64,000 bases of DNA from Spirochaetia bacterium (GCA_963668545.1 OY764868.1:2011130-2075129), one strand, 5' to 3'; counted from the first letter of the stretch, positions 27,202-37,056 are shown. The notes: generated by a model from the sequence alone, not told the origin. Numbers and translations: made by a program.

Positions 27202-28314
27202 TTAATTATCCGATAATTCCTCAATTTCTTTTTCAATTTTTCTGGCAGTGCGGTTCATCTTATCAATTTCCTTCTTTATTGATTTTATTTTATCCTGCCT
27301 GTTCTGTACAGATTCCTTCAGTTTTTCAAGTTCCGCCTGTTTATTCCCAATTTCCATTTCTTTCCTGAGATTATCTGTTTCAAGCCTGATTTTCTCCATA
27401 TCAAGCTCAATCTCCTCAATTTTCTTAAGACAGTCACTGATATCACTATTATCAATTCTGACTCTTCCATCCTCTTCATTCAGCGCATTAAAAAAATCTC
27501 TCCCTGCAGACAGAAGTATCCCCTTGAGTTCAGCTTCCCTGTCTTCTACAGCATCATCCGGTTTTTTATTGTAATCATCCTTTAAAAGCTTTTCTTTATC
27601 CTCAATTTCATTCTGGTAATTAGATCTTTCTGCAACCAATGATTCAATTTTTATCTGTAAATCCTCAACAACCTTGAGATTAGCCTCATAGGCACTGAAA
27701 ATTCCCTGTATCTCTTTGTCCCTGGTTTTTTCAAAATATCTTTCACTGCACAGTTTTTTTCCCAGATCCCTGTACTGATTAACAAACCTGCTTTCAAGCA
27801 GTTTTTTTCGTGACTCAAGGACAGTCCCTGTTCCCGATACAATTATCTTTCCGAAAAAACCTTCAGCATCTTTTTTCCTTTCCCCTGACTCAATTTTTTC
27901 ATCAATTTCATCAATTTTTTCATTCAGATCCAGCAGCTCATCCATGTAGGGACGAAGTTCTGTCAGCTCATCAGGCCTTTCCAGATAAACAGCAAATACT
28001 GTTTCACCGATACCTATAAAATGCTTATCATTTTCCCCGTTGATTTCTCTTACTTTCTTCAAAGCATTCTTTTCATCAGTATTGATTGCAGTTATTCTTT
28101 TTCTGTATTGTTTTATTTTTTCCAGTTCTGATTTTATTTTCTTTATTTCAAGTTCCAGGTCATTGACAAGTCTGGCTGTATTTTCATCATCCGGAAATGA
28201 TATATTGTTTTTTATCAGCAGTGATCCGAGTTCCGAGAGAAGAAGATCTTTTTCATTCAAGTTTTCTTTTAATTTTTTCTCATTGTTCTTTATATTTTTT
28301 ATTTTATTTTCCAT
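27202..28314 (-). CDS. Coiled-coil protein of unknown function
   Basis: 370-aa ORF, extremely K/E/L/I-rich with heptad-like stretches at both ends and a less charged centre (HFIGIGETVFAVYLERPDEL..., GKIIVSGTGTVLESRKK). No recognisable catalytic motif. Confidence 0.6.
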   Translation of the reverse strand: MENKIKNIKNNEKKLKENLNEKDLLLSELGSLLIKNNISFPDDENTARLVNDLELEIKKIKSELEKIKQYRKRITAINTDEKNALKKVREINGENDKHFIGIGETVFAVYLERPDELTELRPYMDELLDLNEKIDEIDEKIESGERKKDAEGFFGKIIVSGTGTVLESRKKLLESRFVNQYRDLGKKLCSERYFEKTRDKEIQGIFSAYEANLKVVEDLQIKIESLVAERSNYQNEIEDKEKLLKDDYNKKPDDAVEDREAELKGILLSAGRDFFNALNEEDGRVRIDNSDISDCLKKIEEIELDMEKIRLETDNLRKEMEIGNKQAELEKLKESVQNRQDKIKSIKKEIDKMNRTARKIEKEIEELSDN

Positions 28315-28428
28315 ATTATCTTAATTTTTGCATATTGTTGATAAACATGCAATTTTTTTCTTAAATATTATTGAAATTATTTCAAAATAAAACAATAATA
28401 TCAATATCCTACTATTCATGGAGGAATA

Positions 28429-29349
28429 ATGGTATTTGCAGAAAAAATTACAGACCTCATAGGCAGCACACCTCTGATAAAGCTAAACAGGATTTCAGAA
28501 GAAACAGGAAATCTTGTACTGGCAAAAGCTGAATTTATGAATCCAGGGTCGAGCATTAAAGACAGAGCTGCAATGAATATGATAGAAAGCGCAGAAAAGG
28601 AAGGCCTTCTGGAAAAAAATGCTCTTATTGTAGAGCCTACAAGCGGCAATACAGGAATAGGGCTTGCCCTTGTCTGTGCAGTAAAAAAATACAGACTTAT
28701 TCTTACAATGCCTGAGACAATGAGTATTGAAAGGATAAATCTTCTTAAAGCGATGGGAGCTGAAGTAATCCTCACCTCAGGCGGCAGGGGTATGGCGGGA
28801 GCAATTGAAAAAGCCAGGGAAATTCTTTCAAAGAATCCGGGAAGCATTATGCCTATGCAGTTTTCAAACAAAGCAAACCCTGAAGTTCATTTCAAGACCA
28901 CAGCACGTGAAATATGGAAAGATACTGACGGTGAAATCGACTGGTTCGTGGCAGGGGCGGGAACTGGTGGAACAGTAACAGGTTGTACAGAATATCTGAA
29001 ATCAAAAAAAGCCAGCCTTAAAAGTGCTGTTGTTGAACCCTGGGAATCATCTGTAATATCAGGGGAAACAGCATCTCCGCACAGAATTCAGGGCATCGGG
29101 GCAGGTTTTATTCCTGAGAATCTCAAGCTTGATCTCGTGGACAAGATTATAAGGGTTCGAAGTACAGATGCTGAAAAAATGGCCAAACAGCTCAGGGATG
29201 ATGAAGGTATTTTAGCTGGTATATCATCTGCAGCAAATGTCATTGCCGCCGAAATGATATCGAAACATGAGAAAAACAGCGGTAAGGTTATTGTAACAAT
29301 ACTATGTGACAGCGGAGAGCGCTATATATCTACCGGAATATATAATTAA
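28429..29349 (+). CDS. cysK: Cysteine synthase A (O-acetylserine sulfhydrylase)
   Basis: 306-aa ORF: NPGSSIKDRAA (PLP lysine), EPTSGNTGIGLA, GAGTGGTVTG. GGAGG RBS. Confidence 0.9.
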   Translation: MVFAEKITDLIGSTPLIKLNRISEETGNLVLAKAEFMNPGSSIKDRAAMNMIESAEKEGLLEKNALIVEPTSGNTGIGLALVCAVKKYRLILTMPETMSIERINLLKAMGAEVILTSGGRGMAGAIEKAREILSKNPGSIMPMQFSNKANPEVHFKTTAREIWKDTDGEIDWFVAGAGTGGTVTGCTEYLKSKKASLKSAVVEPWESSVISGETASPHRIQGIGAGFIPENLKLDLVDKIIRVRSTDAEKMAKQLRDDEGILAGISSAANVIAAEMISKHEKNSGKVIVTILCDSGERYISTGIYN

Positions 29350-29506
29350 ATGTGATACTTTTCAGAAAAGATCTGAAAAGGAATATCAGCCCTTAATAAT
29401 CTGAAAGTATTATTCTGTTTTGGACTATAATTTGTAATGCAGAGAGCATTTATTAAATACTACCGGGGAACATCTGTATGCTTTACACCTGATTAAGGAG
29501 GAATGT

Positions 29507-30769
29507 ATGAAATTTGATACAATAGCACTTCACCATGGATATAAACCGGGTGAAGAAGGTTCTCACGGAGTTCCGGTACACAGGACTTCAGCTTTTTGCT
29601 TCAAGAATACAAAACATGCAGCCGACCTCTTTTCACTTGAAGAAGCTGGAAATATATATTCCAGACTTCAGAACCCGACACAGGATGTACTGGAAAAAAG
29701 AATAGCTGCCCTTGAAGGGGGAAAGGCATCACTTGCCCTTTCTTCAGGGACTTCAGCTGTTTTCTATACAGTCATCAACATATGTGAAAAAGGGGATGAA
29801 ATTGTTGCATCAGACAGACTTTACGGCGGCACATTTACAATGTTTGCATCTATTCTTCCCCAGTTCGGCATAAAAACGGTTTTTGTCGACCAGTCAGACC
29901 CTGAAAATTTCAGAAAGGCTGTTTCTGAAAGAACAAAACTTTTTTATGTTGAAACTATAGGAAATCCCTCTCTTGATGTTGCGGATATTGAAGAGATTGC
30001 CAGAATTGCTGATGAAAAACAGATCCCTCTTGCTGTAGATTCAACCTTTACAACACCCTATCTTTTCCGTCCTTTTGAATACGGGGCAAATATAGTTCTC
30101 CATTCAATGACCAAATGGATCGGGGGACACGGAACAGGGCTGGGGGGAATTGTTACAGACAACAACAGTTTCAACTGGAAAAACAGCAGGTTCAGCCTCT
30201 ATACAAAACCTGAAGGATCCTACCACGATATTGTCTTTGCAGACCTTCCCGAAGAAACTCCCCCGTTCATTACCAGAATGCGGGTCATCCCGCTCAGGAA
30301 TCTGGGGGCATGTATCAGCCCTGACAATGCCTGGATGTTTCTCCAGGGTACAGAAACTCTATCCCTCAGAATGGAACGGCATTCATTCAATGCCATGCAG
30401 ACAGCTGAATTCCTTTCAAGACATCCTCAGGTCAGCTGGGTAAGGTATCCGGGACTTGCTGATGATCCCTCCCATAAAACAGCAGTTAAACAGTTTGATA
30501 AAGGTTTTGGAGGCATGGTTGTTTTCGGAATCAAATCCGGAAGAGAGGGGGGAGAAAAATTCATTGACAACCTAAGGCTTATCTCCCATGTGGCCAATGT
30601 CGGGGATGTCAAAACCCTGGCTATTCATCCCGGAAGTACAACACATTCACAGCTCACTGACAGGGAACAGAAAAAAGCAGGGATAAGCCCTGACATGATA
30701 AGACTTTCCATAGGTATTGAAGATATCTATGATATACTCGAAGACCTTGACAGGGCGCTTAAAGGATAA
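29507..30769 (+). CDS. metY: O-acetylhomoserine aminocarboxypropyltransferase / sulfhydrylase
   Basis: 420-aa ORF, Cys/Met-metabolism PLP family: YSRLQNPT, LSSGTSA, HSMTKWIGGHG, LAIHPGSTTHSQL. AAGGAGG RBS. Confidence 0.9.
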   Translation: MKFDTIALHHGYKPGEEGSHGVPVHRTSAFCFKNTKHAADLFSLEEAGNIYSRLQNPTQDVLEKRIAALEGGKASLALSSGTSAVFYTVINICEKGDEIVASDRLYGGTFTMFASILPQFGIKTVFVDQSDPENFRKAVSERTKLFYVETIGNPSLDVADIEEIARIADEKQIPLAVDSTFTTPYLFRPFEYGANIVLHSMTKWIGGHGTGLGGIVTDNNSFNWKNSRFSLYTKPEGSYHDIVFADLPEETPPFITRMRVIPLRNLGACISPDNAWMFLQGTETLSLRMERHSFNAMQTAEFLSRHPQVSWVRYPGLADDPSHKTAVKQFDKGFGGMVVFGIKSGREGGEKFIDNLRLISHVANVGDVKTLAIHPGSTTHSQLTDREQKKAGISPDMIRLSIGIEDIYDILEDLDRALKG

Positions 30770-30778
30770 CAGAAAAAT

Positions 30779-31678
30779 ATGTCAATAATTGTACCTGAAA
30801 ACTATCATGCAAAAACAGCTCTGGAAAATGCCAGAGTCCACTGTATCTCTTCTTTTGCTGCTCAGAAGCAGGATATCAGACCTCTGCGTATCGGAATCCT
30901 GAATATCATGCCGGAAGCAAATACCTATGAGTACAATATACTTTTCCCGATAGGCAGGGCAATAATTCAGATTGAACCTGTCTGGATAAGACTTGAAACC
31001 CATTCCTATAAAAGCACCAGCAAGGAACACCTTGATGAACTTTATGTAACTTTTGAAGAAGCAATAAAGGAAAGGGGGTTTGACGGACTGGTAATTACAG
31101 GAGCACCGGTAGAGGAAAAATCATTTAAAGATATCTGGTTCTGGGATGAACTGTCAGAGATTCTTGACTATGCAAAAAATAAAATTGCTTCAACTCTGGG
31201 TATCTGCTGGGGCGGTCTTGCCCTTGCAAATTACATCGGGATCGACAAAATAGTCTTCAAGCAGAAACTCTTCGGAGTTTATCCCTTTAAAAATATTGAC
31301 AGGAATCACAGGATTACAGGAGATCTTGATGATGTTTTCATGTGCCCCCAGTCCAGGCATGCAGGTATAAGCAATGATGTACTTGAGGAAGAAAGGGATA
31401 AAGGAAACATAAATCTTCTTGCATATTCCGATACTGCCGGCTATCTGATTTTTGAAACTGCTGATAAATCATTTATCATGCATCTCGGGCACCCTGAATA
31501 TGAAACAGAAAGGCTGATTAATGAATATAAAAGGGATATGGAGAAAGGAAGAGACGATGTTTCCCTCCCTCTGAATCTGGATATTGAAAACCCGGTAAAT
31601 AACTGGCGTGGCCACAGTCTGGAGTTTTTCCAGCAGTGGGTAAAAGATGTTTATATTAGAACACCGTATGAAATCTAG
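30779..31678 (+). CDS. metA: Homoserine O-acyltransferase (MetA family)
   Basis: 299-aa ORF: RPLRIGILNIMP, DGLVITGAPVE, LGICWGG, SRHAG, GHPEY. Confidence 0.9.
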   Translation: MSIIVPENYHAKTALENARVHCISSFAAQKQDIRPLRIGILNIMPEANTYEYNILFPIGRAIIQIEPVWIRLETHSYKSTSKEHLDELYVTFEEAIKERGFDGLVITGAPVEEKSFKDIWFWDELSEILDYAKNKIASTLGICWGGLALANYIGIDKIVFKQKLFGVYPFKNIDRNHRITGDLDDVFMCPQSRHAGISNDVLEEERDKGNINLLAYSDTAGYLIFETADKSFIMHLGHPEYETERLINEYKRDMEKGRDDVSLPLNLDIENPVNNWRGHSLEFFQQWVKDVYIRTPYEI

Positions 31679-31682
31679 AGAA

Positions 31683-31715
31683 ATACACCCTGTGCATGTT
31701 CTGCAAAGGGTGTAT
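31683..31715. terminator. Hairpin between convergent metA and yhhQ (probable terminator, weak U-tracts)
   Basis: ATACACCC-(17 nt)-GGGTGTAT located 5 nt after the metA stop. Confidence 0.45.
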
Positions 31716-31758
31716 CTTCATCAATTATTGATAACAAGTCAGTAAAAAACAGGGATAT

Positions 31759-32445
31759 CTACTCTATAACCCCTGTCCGGTGCCAGTATTCAGCAATATA
31801 CACACATGGTGTATCCATTACAGCAACTATCCATTTCAGTACACAGGTTGTAACAAGGACCTGAATAAATATATCCTTTGGAAACACTCCCAGAAAAGCG
31901 ATAGCAGTAAAGACAGAGCTGTCAATAAGCTGACTGACAATTGTACTTGCATTATTCCTTATCCAGATATATCTGGTTGCTGAAAATTTCTTTTTCCAGA
32001 AATTATATGCCCATATATCATGGAACTCCGACATAAGAAATGCGACAAGGCTTGCAAAAGCTATACGGGGCATTATACCGAATATTGTCTGAAGACTGCC
32101 CTGTGCAAAGTCATCAGCAGATGGTTTGAAAATTATAGCAATCTGCATGATCAGTGTCATGAAAATCAGAGACATGAAACCTATAACAACAGCTTTAAAT
32201 GCATCTTTCTTGGAATAATTTTCAGACAGGATATCTGTCACCAGAAATGATGTAGCATATACTATATTTCCAAGTGTGTTTGTAACCCCAAACAGTTCAA
32301 CAGTTTTCAATACCTGTATATTTGCAAGTATAACTGAAATTGGAACCCATACAAAAAGTCCGGTTTTACCCATAAACCGGTAAAATACCAGTATGGATAC
32401 AAAATTGACGGCAAGCATCAGTATCCAGAGAAATTCGTTTGACAT
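31759..32445 (-). CDS. yhhQ: Queuosine-precursor (preQ0/preQ1) transporter, YhhQ/VUT family
   Basis: 228-aa polytopic ORF with YhhQ-type sequence (YATSFLVTDILSENYSKKDA, RNNASTIVSQLIDSSVF). Preceded by a preQ1 riboswitch. Confidence 0.85.
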   Translation of the reverse strand: MSNEFLWILMLAVNFVSILVFYRFMGKTGLFVWVPISVILANIQVLKTVELFGVTNTLGNIVYATSFLVTDILSENYSKKDAFKAVVIGFMSLIFMTLIMQIAIIFKPSADDFAQGSLQTIFGIMPRIAFASLVAFLMSEFHDIWAYNFWKKKFSATRYIWIRNNASTIVSQLIDSSVFTAIAFLGVFPKDIFIQVLVTTCVLKWIVAVMDTPCVYIAEYWHRTGVIE

Positions 32446-32453
32446 TTATCATA

Positions 32454-32495
32454 CTCCATTGTTTTGTTAAGGCGGGTGTCAGGATACGACCGCCT
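32454..32495 (-). promoter_or_regulatory. preQ1-I riboswitch in the yhhQ leader
   Basis: Minus strand reads AGGCGG-UCGUAUCCUGACAC-CCGCCU-UUAACAAAACAAUGGAG. This is a 5-6 bp P1, a loop ending in ACAC and an A-rich tail almost identical to the well-studied Thermoanaerobacter preQ1-I aptamer tail (UUAACAAAACAAGG). The tail runs into the GGAG SD 8 nt before the ATG. Confidence 0.7.
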
Positions 32496-32565
32496 GATTG
32501 TTTAAAGTCCGGTTATATTGCATTATTTAACCTTTTTTTACAAGATTAATTCATGAACATCGCCT

Positions 32566-32605
32566 TAAAAAAGAAAGGCAGGCTGTAAGTAAAAATCAGC
32601 CTGCC
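32566..32605 (-). terminator. Rho-independent terminator of the FabK-like gene
   Basis: GGCAGGCTG-(11 nt)-CAGCCTGCC followed on the minus strand by TTTCTTTTTT. Confidence 0.75.
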
Positions 32606-32640
32606 CTTTATAGATATGCTGCATCTGTTAAATAAATCAA

Positions 32641-33666
32641 TTATTTATAAATCTTCATTACCCGTTCAAGTTCTTCAGAAGCCTGTGTCCTTATTTCATC
32701 TATTACCGCAGCCACAGACTTTATTTCCCTTACAAAGTTGATGCTCTGCCCGGCCATCATTGATCCGTGATCAACATCCCCGTCAATAACAGCTTTACGG
32801 AGAGCTCCGAGCCAGAATTTCTCAAGCTCCTCACCTGCATCCTTTGCATTCATTTCCCCCTGTTCAATCTTCTTGATAAGTTCAAGCTGAAGCGCAGTAA
32901 AATCCCTTACACCGTCATTTACAATTGATCTTACAGGGATAACAGGGACTCTCGGGTCAAATTTCGCACATGGCTGCACATCTTTTGCATGTGCTTTGAC
33001 ATAAGCCTGTTTAAAATTATCATGTGCCGGAGATTCCTCTGTGACAGCAAACCTTGTACCTAGCTGTACCCCGGCTGCTCCCATTAAAAGATAATGTGCT
33101 GTAAGAAAACCGCTGCCTATACCCCCTGCGACAAAAACCGGTATGTCCTTTACTTCAGGCAGTATCTGCTCAGCCAGAACACTTGTGGAGACAGGCCCTA
33201 TATGACCCCCTGCCTCATGCCCTTCAATAATAAGGGCATCGCAGCCCATTTTAATATTAAGCCGGGCCCCTTCAATTGAGGGGGCAAAGCATATAAGCTT
33301 GCATCCTGCTTCTTTTACCTTTCTGATGGCATCTCTCGGAGGAAGACCTCCTGCAAAAATAACAACCGGAAATTTAATACTGCAGGCATAATCAACCTGG
33401 TCCTTGAAAGCAGGAGAAATTGTTATCATATTCAATCCGAACGGCTTGTCAGTCAGCTTCTTTGTTTCCTCAACCTCTTTAATAAAGAGGTCTATAGGCA
33501 TGTTTCCTCCTGCAAGAACGCCGAATCCACCTGCATTTGATATTGCAGCTACAAGCCTGGAATTTGAAATCCAGGACATTGCACCGCCGAGAACAGGGTA
33601 TTCAACCCCCAGGAATTCCTTTCCTCTTGAAGTAAGTTTATTAAATATTATTTCACCATTTTCCAT
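32641..33666 (-). CDS. Nitronate monooxygenase-family FMN oxidoreductase (enoyl-ACP reductase FabK-like)
   Basis: 341-aa ORF, TIM-barrel flavoenzyme motifs: PVLGGAMSWIS, GGFGVLAGG, IIEGHEAGGHIG, VFVAGGIGSG, GAAGVQLGTRF. Confidence 0.8.
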   Translation of the reverse strand: MENGEIIFNKLTSRGKEFLGVEYPVLGGAMSWISNSRLVAAISNAGGFGVLAGGNMPIDLFIKEVEETKKLTDKPFGLNMITISPAFKDQVDYACSIKFPVVIFAGGLPPRDAIRKVKEAGCKLICFAPSIEGARLNIKMGCDALIIEGHEAGGHIGPVSTSVLAEQILPEVKDIPVFVAGGIGSGFLTAHYLLMGAAGVQLGTRFAVTEESPAHDNFKQAYVKAHAKDVQPCAKFDPRVPVIPVRSIVNDGVRDFTALQLELIKKIEQGEMNAKDAGEELEKFWLGALRKAVIDGDVDHGSMMAGQSINFVREIKSVAAVIDEIRTQASEELERVMKIYK

Positions 33667-33810
33667 TTTTTCACCTCGCTTTATATTGTTTTACCTATAT
33701 TAAAATATTTATTAATTAAAAAACGAACCGGAATAATATTGAAAGAATCCAAATAGGTCAATACAATACTCCACATATTATATGATAAAAACGGGCAGAG
33801 GATAAAATAA

Positions 33811-35112
33811 ATGGCTGTAAATTACTGGATTTGGGACAAATTAAATGAATCTGACAGAAAAACAATACTTTCAAGATCAGAAATTGATATTTCTGAAGTA
33901 AAGGAATCAGTTGCTTCCATTATTGAAAAGGTAAGAATTGACAAAGACAAGGCACTCTACAGTTTTACAAAGAAATTTGACAAGGCAGATATCAGCAATA
34001 TGCCTCTCAAAGTGACAGAAGAAGAGTTTTCAGAAGCAGAAACCCTTGTAAGCGATAAAGTCAAGGAAGCTTTAAAATATTCAATCAGTAATATAAAAAA
34101 ATTTCATGAAATACAGCTACCGGAAAAAGAGGCGCCTGTCAGGCTGGCTCCCGGAATCACTGCAGGAGAAAGGGCCACCCCTGTTGAATCCGCAGGTCTT
34201 TATGTCCCGAGGGGACGGGGCAGTTTTCCTTCAATGCTTTACATGCTGGCAGTACCTGCAGTAATTGCCGGAGTTAAAAGAATCTGTGTTGTCACTCCGC
34301 CCAATACTGACGGTTCTGTGGATCCGGCATGTCTTTATGCAGCAAAAATCTGCGGAATCAGGGAGATCTACCGTGTCGGAGGGGCACAGGCTGTTGCTGC
34401 TCTTACCTACGGAACTGAGTCGATTGCTCCGGTAGTCAAAATCACAGGACCTGGAAGCATGTATGTAACAGCTGCAAAAAGACTTCTTTACGGAACTGTA
34501 GATGTTGGACTACCTGCAGGTCCGTCTGAATCTGTAATCCTTGCTGACAGCAGTGCAGATCCCTACAGGGCAGCACTTGACCTTATGATTGAAGCAGAAC
34601 ACGGTTCTGATTCATCAGCTATACTGGTAACAGACTCAAAAGAGCTTGGAGACAGAACAGCAGAACACATAGAAAAGCTTCTTGAAAATATTACTGAACC
34701 GCGTAAAACATTTCTTAAAGATGTATTTACAGGTTACGGCGGGATAATAATCGCTGAAAACATGAAAAAGGGGGCTGAAATTGTAAACAGTTATGCTCCG
34801 GAGCATCTTCAGATTGCAACAGAAAACCCTGAAGAAACAGCTGATCTAATTATAAATGCAGGTGAAATTCTGCTGGGACAGGACACCCCTTTTTCAATTG
34901 CAAACTACTCTACAGGGGCAAATGCAGTACTTCCAACAGGAGGAATGGCAAAAACATTCTCCCCTGTTTCTGTCCGTGATTTCATGAAGTTTTCATCAAT
35001 CGTTAAAGTCGATTCAGAGGGTCTTGAAAATATTTCACAGCATGTAACAGAACTTGCTGATTATGAGGGATTTGTAACACATGCAAATGCACTCAAGCTG
35101 AGAAACAAATGA
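33811..35112 (+). CDS. hisD: Histidinol dehydrogenase
   Basis: 433-aa ORF: GLYVPRGRGSFPS, REIYRVGGAQAVAALTYGT, KITGPGSMYVTAAK, AGPSE, EAEHGSDS, APEHL. Confidence 0.9.
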   Translation: MAVNYWIWDKLNESDRKTILSRSEIDISEVKESVASIIEKVRIDKDKALYSFTKKFDKADISNMPLKVTEEEFSEAETLVSDKVKEALKYSISNIKKFHEIQLPEKEAPVRLAPGITAGERATPVESAGLYVPRGRGSFPSMLYMLAVPAVIAGVKRICVVTPPNTDGSVDPACLYAAKICGIREIYRVGGAQAVAALTYGTESIAPVVKITGPGSMYVTAAKRLLYGTVDVGLPAGPSESVILADSSADPYRAALDLMIEAEHGSDSSAILVTDSKELGDRTAEHIEKLLENITEPRKTFLKDVFTGYGGIIIAENMKKGAEIVNSYAPEHLQIATENPEETADLIINAGEILLGQDTPFSIANYSTGANAVLPTGGMAKTFSPVSVRDFMKFSSIVKVDSEGLENISQHVTELADYEGFVTHANALKLRNK

Positions 35113-36446
35113 ATTTCAGGAATTCTGATGAAGTATTCAGATACTTTGAATCTTTTACAAACCTTGAAAGGAGCATGAGTTTCACAGAAAGGGAATACAG
35201 GCTTGACAGGATGCGCTATCTTCTTGATCTGTTTGAGAATCCCCAGAATGATCTCAAAATAATTCATGTTGCAGGTTCCAAGGGAAAAGGGTCAACGGCC
35301 TCAGCCGCAGCGGCTGTTTTGGCTGGACTGGGATATAAAACAGGTCTTTATACTTCTCCACATCTTATCTCCTATAAGGAGCGTATAACCCATGCCGGTC
35401 TGTTTATTGGAGAAAGCTTTCTCGTTGAAGCAGGAAACAGGATCAGAAACAGAATAACTGATGGAGCAATACCATTTCCCGATCCCCCTACTACATTCGA
35501 ACTTCTTACTCTTTACGCATTTCTTCTTTTCAGGGAAACAGGCTGTCAGTGGGCAGTTATTGAAACAGGAATCGGAGGAAGGCTGGATGCCACCAATGTT
35601 GCTGTTCCCGAAGCATCAGTAATTACACCTATAGAACTGGAACATTCAGATATACTCGGAGATACTATTGAAAAAATTGCTTCTGAAAAATGCGGCATAA
35701 TAAAGAAAGGGATACCTGTCTTTGTATCTCCCCAGAAAACTTCAGCGCTTGAAATAATAAGGAAAACTTCTGAAGAAAAATCAGCACCTCTTTATCTGCT
35801 CAATGACATAATAAAAATATCTGATGTATCTGTAACCAGGAAAGGAACAGATTTTGTTATATCTGAAAACGGGGAAAAATATTCAGCATCAGTAAATCTT
35901 CCCGGTATATTTCAGGCATATAATGCATCTCTTGCAGTTTTGACTGTCAAGGAGGCTCTTGGCATCTCATGGACCAGAGGACTTAAATACATTGAAAATA
36001 TTCCTCTCAAAGGAAGAATAGAGATATTAAAAAGAGACAATAAGCCGGATATAGTTATTGACAGTTCACATACTCCTGACTCGGCAGCTATGCTTGCAGA
36101 TACACTCTTTAATATTTACAAAGAAAACGGTGTCCTGATATACGGTTCGGTAGATGGAAAAGATTATAATGGAATGATCAGAAACCTCTCTCCATGTTTT
36201 AATGATATCATTATATCAAAACCGGGTTCATTCAAGAAAAGCAGTCCGGAAGATGTTTATATCAAGCTGAAAAAGACTTTTCCGGAAAAAAACATTATAC
36301 TGGAAACAGATGCTGAAAAAGCATTATCTGCTGCTGAAAATATTTCAGCAGGAAAACAATATATTGCTGTGACAGGATCATTCTATATGGCATCAGAAAT
36401 TATAAAACTATTATCAGGAGTAACAGGATTTGGAAAATCTTTTTAA
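35109..36446 (+). CDS. folC: Folylpolyglutamate synthase / dihydrofolate synthase
   Basis: 445-aa ORF, Mur-ligase family: IHVAGSKGKGST, YTSPHL, ETGIGGRLDATN, DSSHTPDS. ATGA overlap with hisD. Confidence 0.88.
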   Translation: MNFRNSDEVFRYFESFTNLERSMSFTEREYRLDRMRYLLDLFENPQNDLKIIHVAGSKGKGSTASAAAAVLAGLGYKTGLYTSPHLISYKERITHAGLFIGESFLVEAGNRIRNRITDGAIPFPDPPTTFELLTLYAFLLFRETGCQWAVIETGIGGRLDATNVAVPEASVITPIELEHSDILGDTIEKIASEKCGIIKKGIPVFVSPQKTSALEIIRKTSEEKSAPLYLLNDIIKISDVSVTRKGTDFVISENGEKYSASVNLPGIFQAYNASLAVLTVKEALGISWTRGLKYIENIPLKGRIEILKRDNKPDIVIDSSHTPDSAAMLADTLFNIYKENGVLIYGSVDGKDYNGMIRNLSPCFNDIIISKPGSFKKSSPEDVYIKLKKTFPEKNIILETDAEKALSAAENISAGKQYIAVTGSFYMASEIIKLLSGVTGFGKSF

Positions 36447-36975
36447 TAATAGAATAATTGTAATTAAAGGTGATATAACGAAAATAGAAGTTGATGCTGT
36501 TGTGAATGCGGCCAATTCTGCACTGCTGGGTGGTGGCGGTGTAGACGGTGCAATACACAGGAGCGGAGGCCCTGATATACTTGAAGAATGCAGGGAGATA
36601 AGAAAGACAGCATATCCTTCCGGAATGCCTGCTGGAAATGCTGTCATTACAACAGGTGGCTATCTTCCGGCCGGTTATGTTATTCATACAGTCGGACCGG
36701 TATGGCAGGGAGGTAAAAGGGGTGAAAAAATCATACTTGAAAAGGCCTATCTTAACAGCCTCAAACTGGCAACTTCAAAAAATATTGATTCAGTGGCCTT
36801 TCCAGCAATATCTACAGGAATATACGGATATCCTAAAACAGAAGCAGCTGAAACAGCATATAAAACTGTTTCCGAATATCTTGAAAATCATAAAAAACCT
36901 GAAAAGGTTTATTTTGTTTTTTACAATCAGTCGGATATGGATATATTTATGAAAAAAATCAGGGGAGATATATAA
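36430..36975 (+). CDS. Macro-domain protein (O-acetyl-ADP-ribose deacetylase, YmdB-like)
   Basis: 181-aa ORF: GDITKIEVDAVVNAANSALLGGGGVDGAIHRSGG, HTVGPVW, SVAFPAISTGIYGYP. Overlaps the folC 3' end by 17 nt. Confidence 0.88.
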   Translation: MENLFNNRIIVIKGDITKIEVDAVVNAANSALLGGGGVDGAIHRSGGPDILEECREIRKTAYPSGMPAGNAVITTGGYLPAGYVIHTVGPVWQGGKRGEKIILEKAYLNSLKLATSKNIDSVAFPAISTGIYGYPKTEAAETAYKTVSEYLENHKKPEKVYFVFYNQSDMDIFMKKIRGDI

Positions 36976-37056
36976 TATTTAACCTGATTCTGATTAATAA
37001 ATTCATATATTTTGCAGTAATTGCTTTCATACAATAATTACCGGAGAAAATGTCAG

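Noticed and set aside
29350-29506. Possible SAM riboswitch or T-box leader upstream of metY-metA
   Set aside because: I could not find the conserved cores of the SAM-I, SAM-II or T-box elements that I know. I saw only a 9-bp hairpin (CTTTTCAGA/TCTGAAAAG, about 29358-29382) without a U-tract and a weak AGAGCAU/AUGCUUU pairing. A covariance-model scan would be needed, so no call is made.
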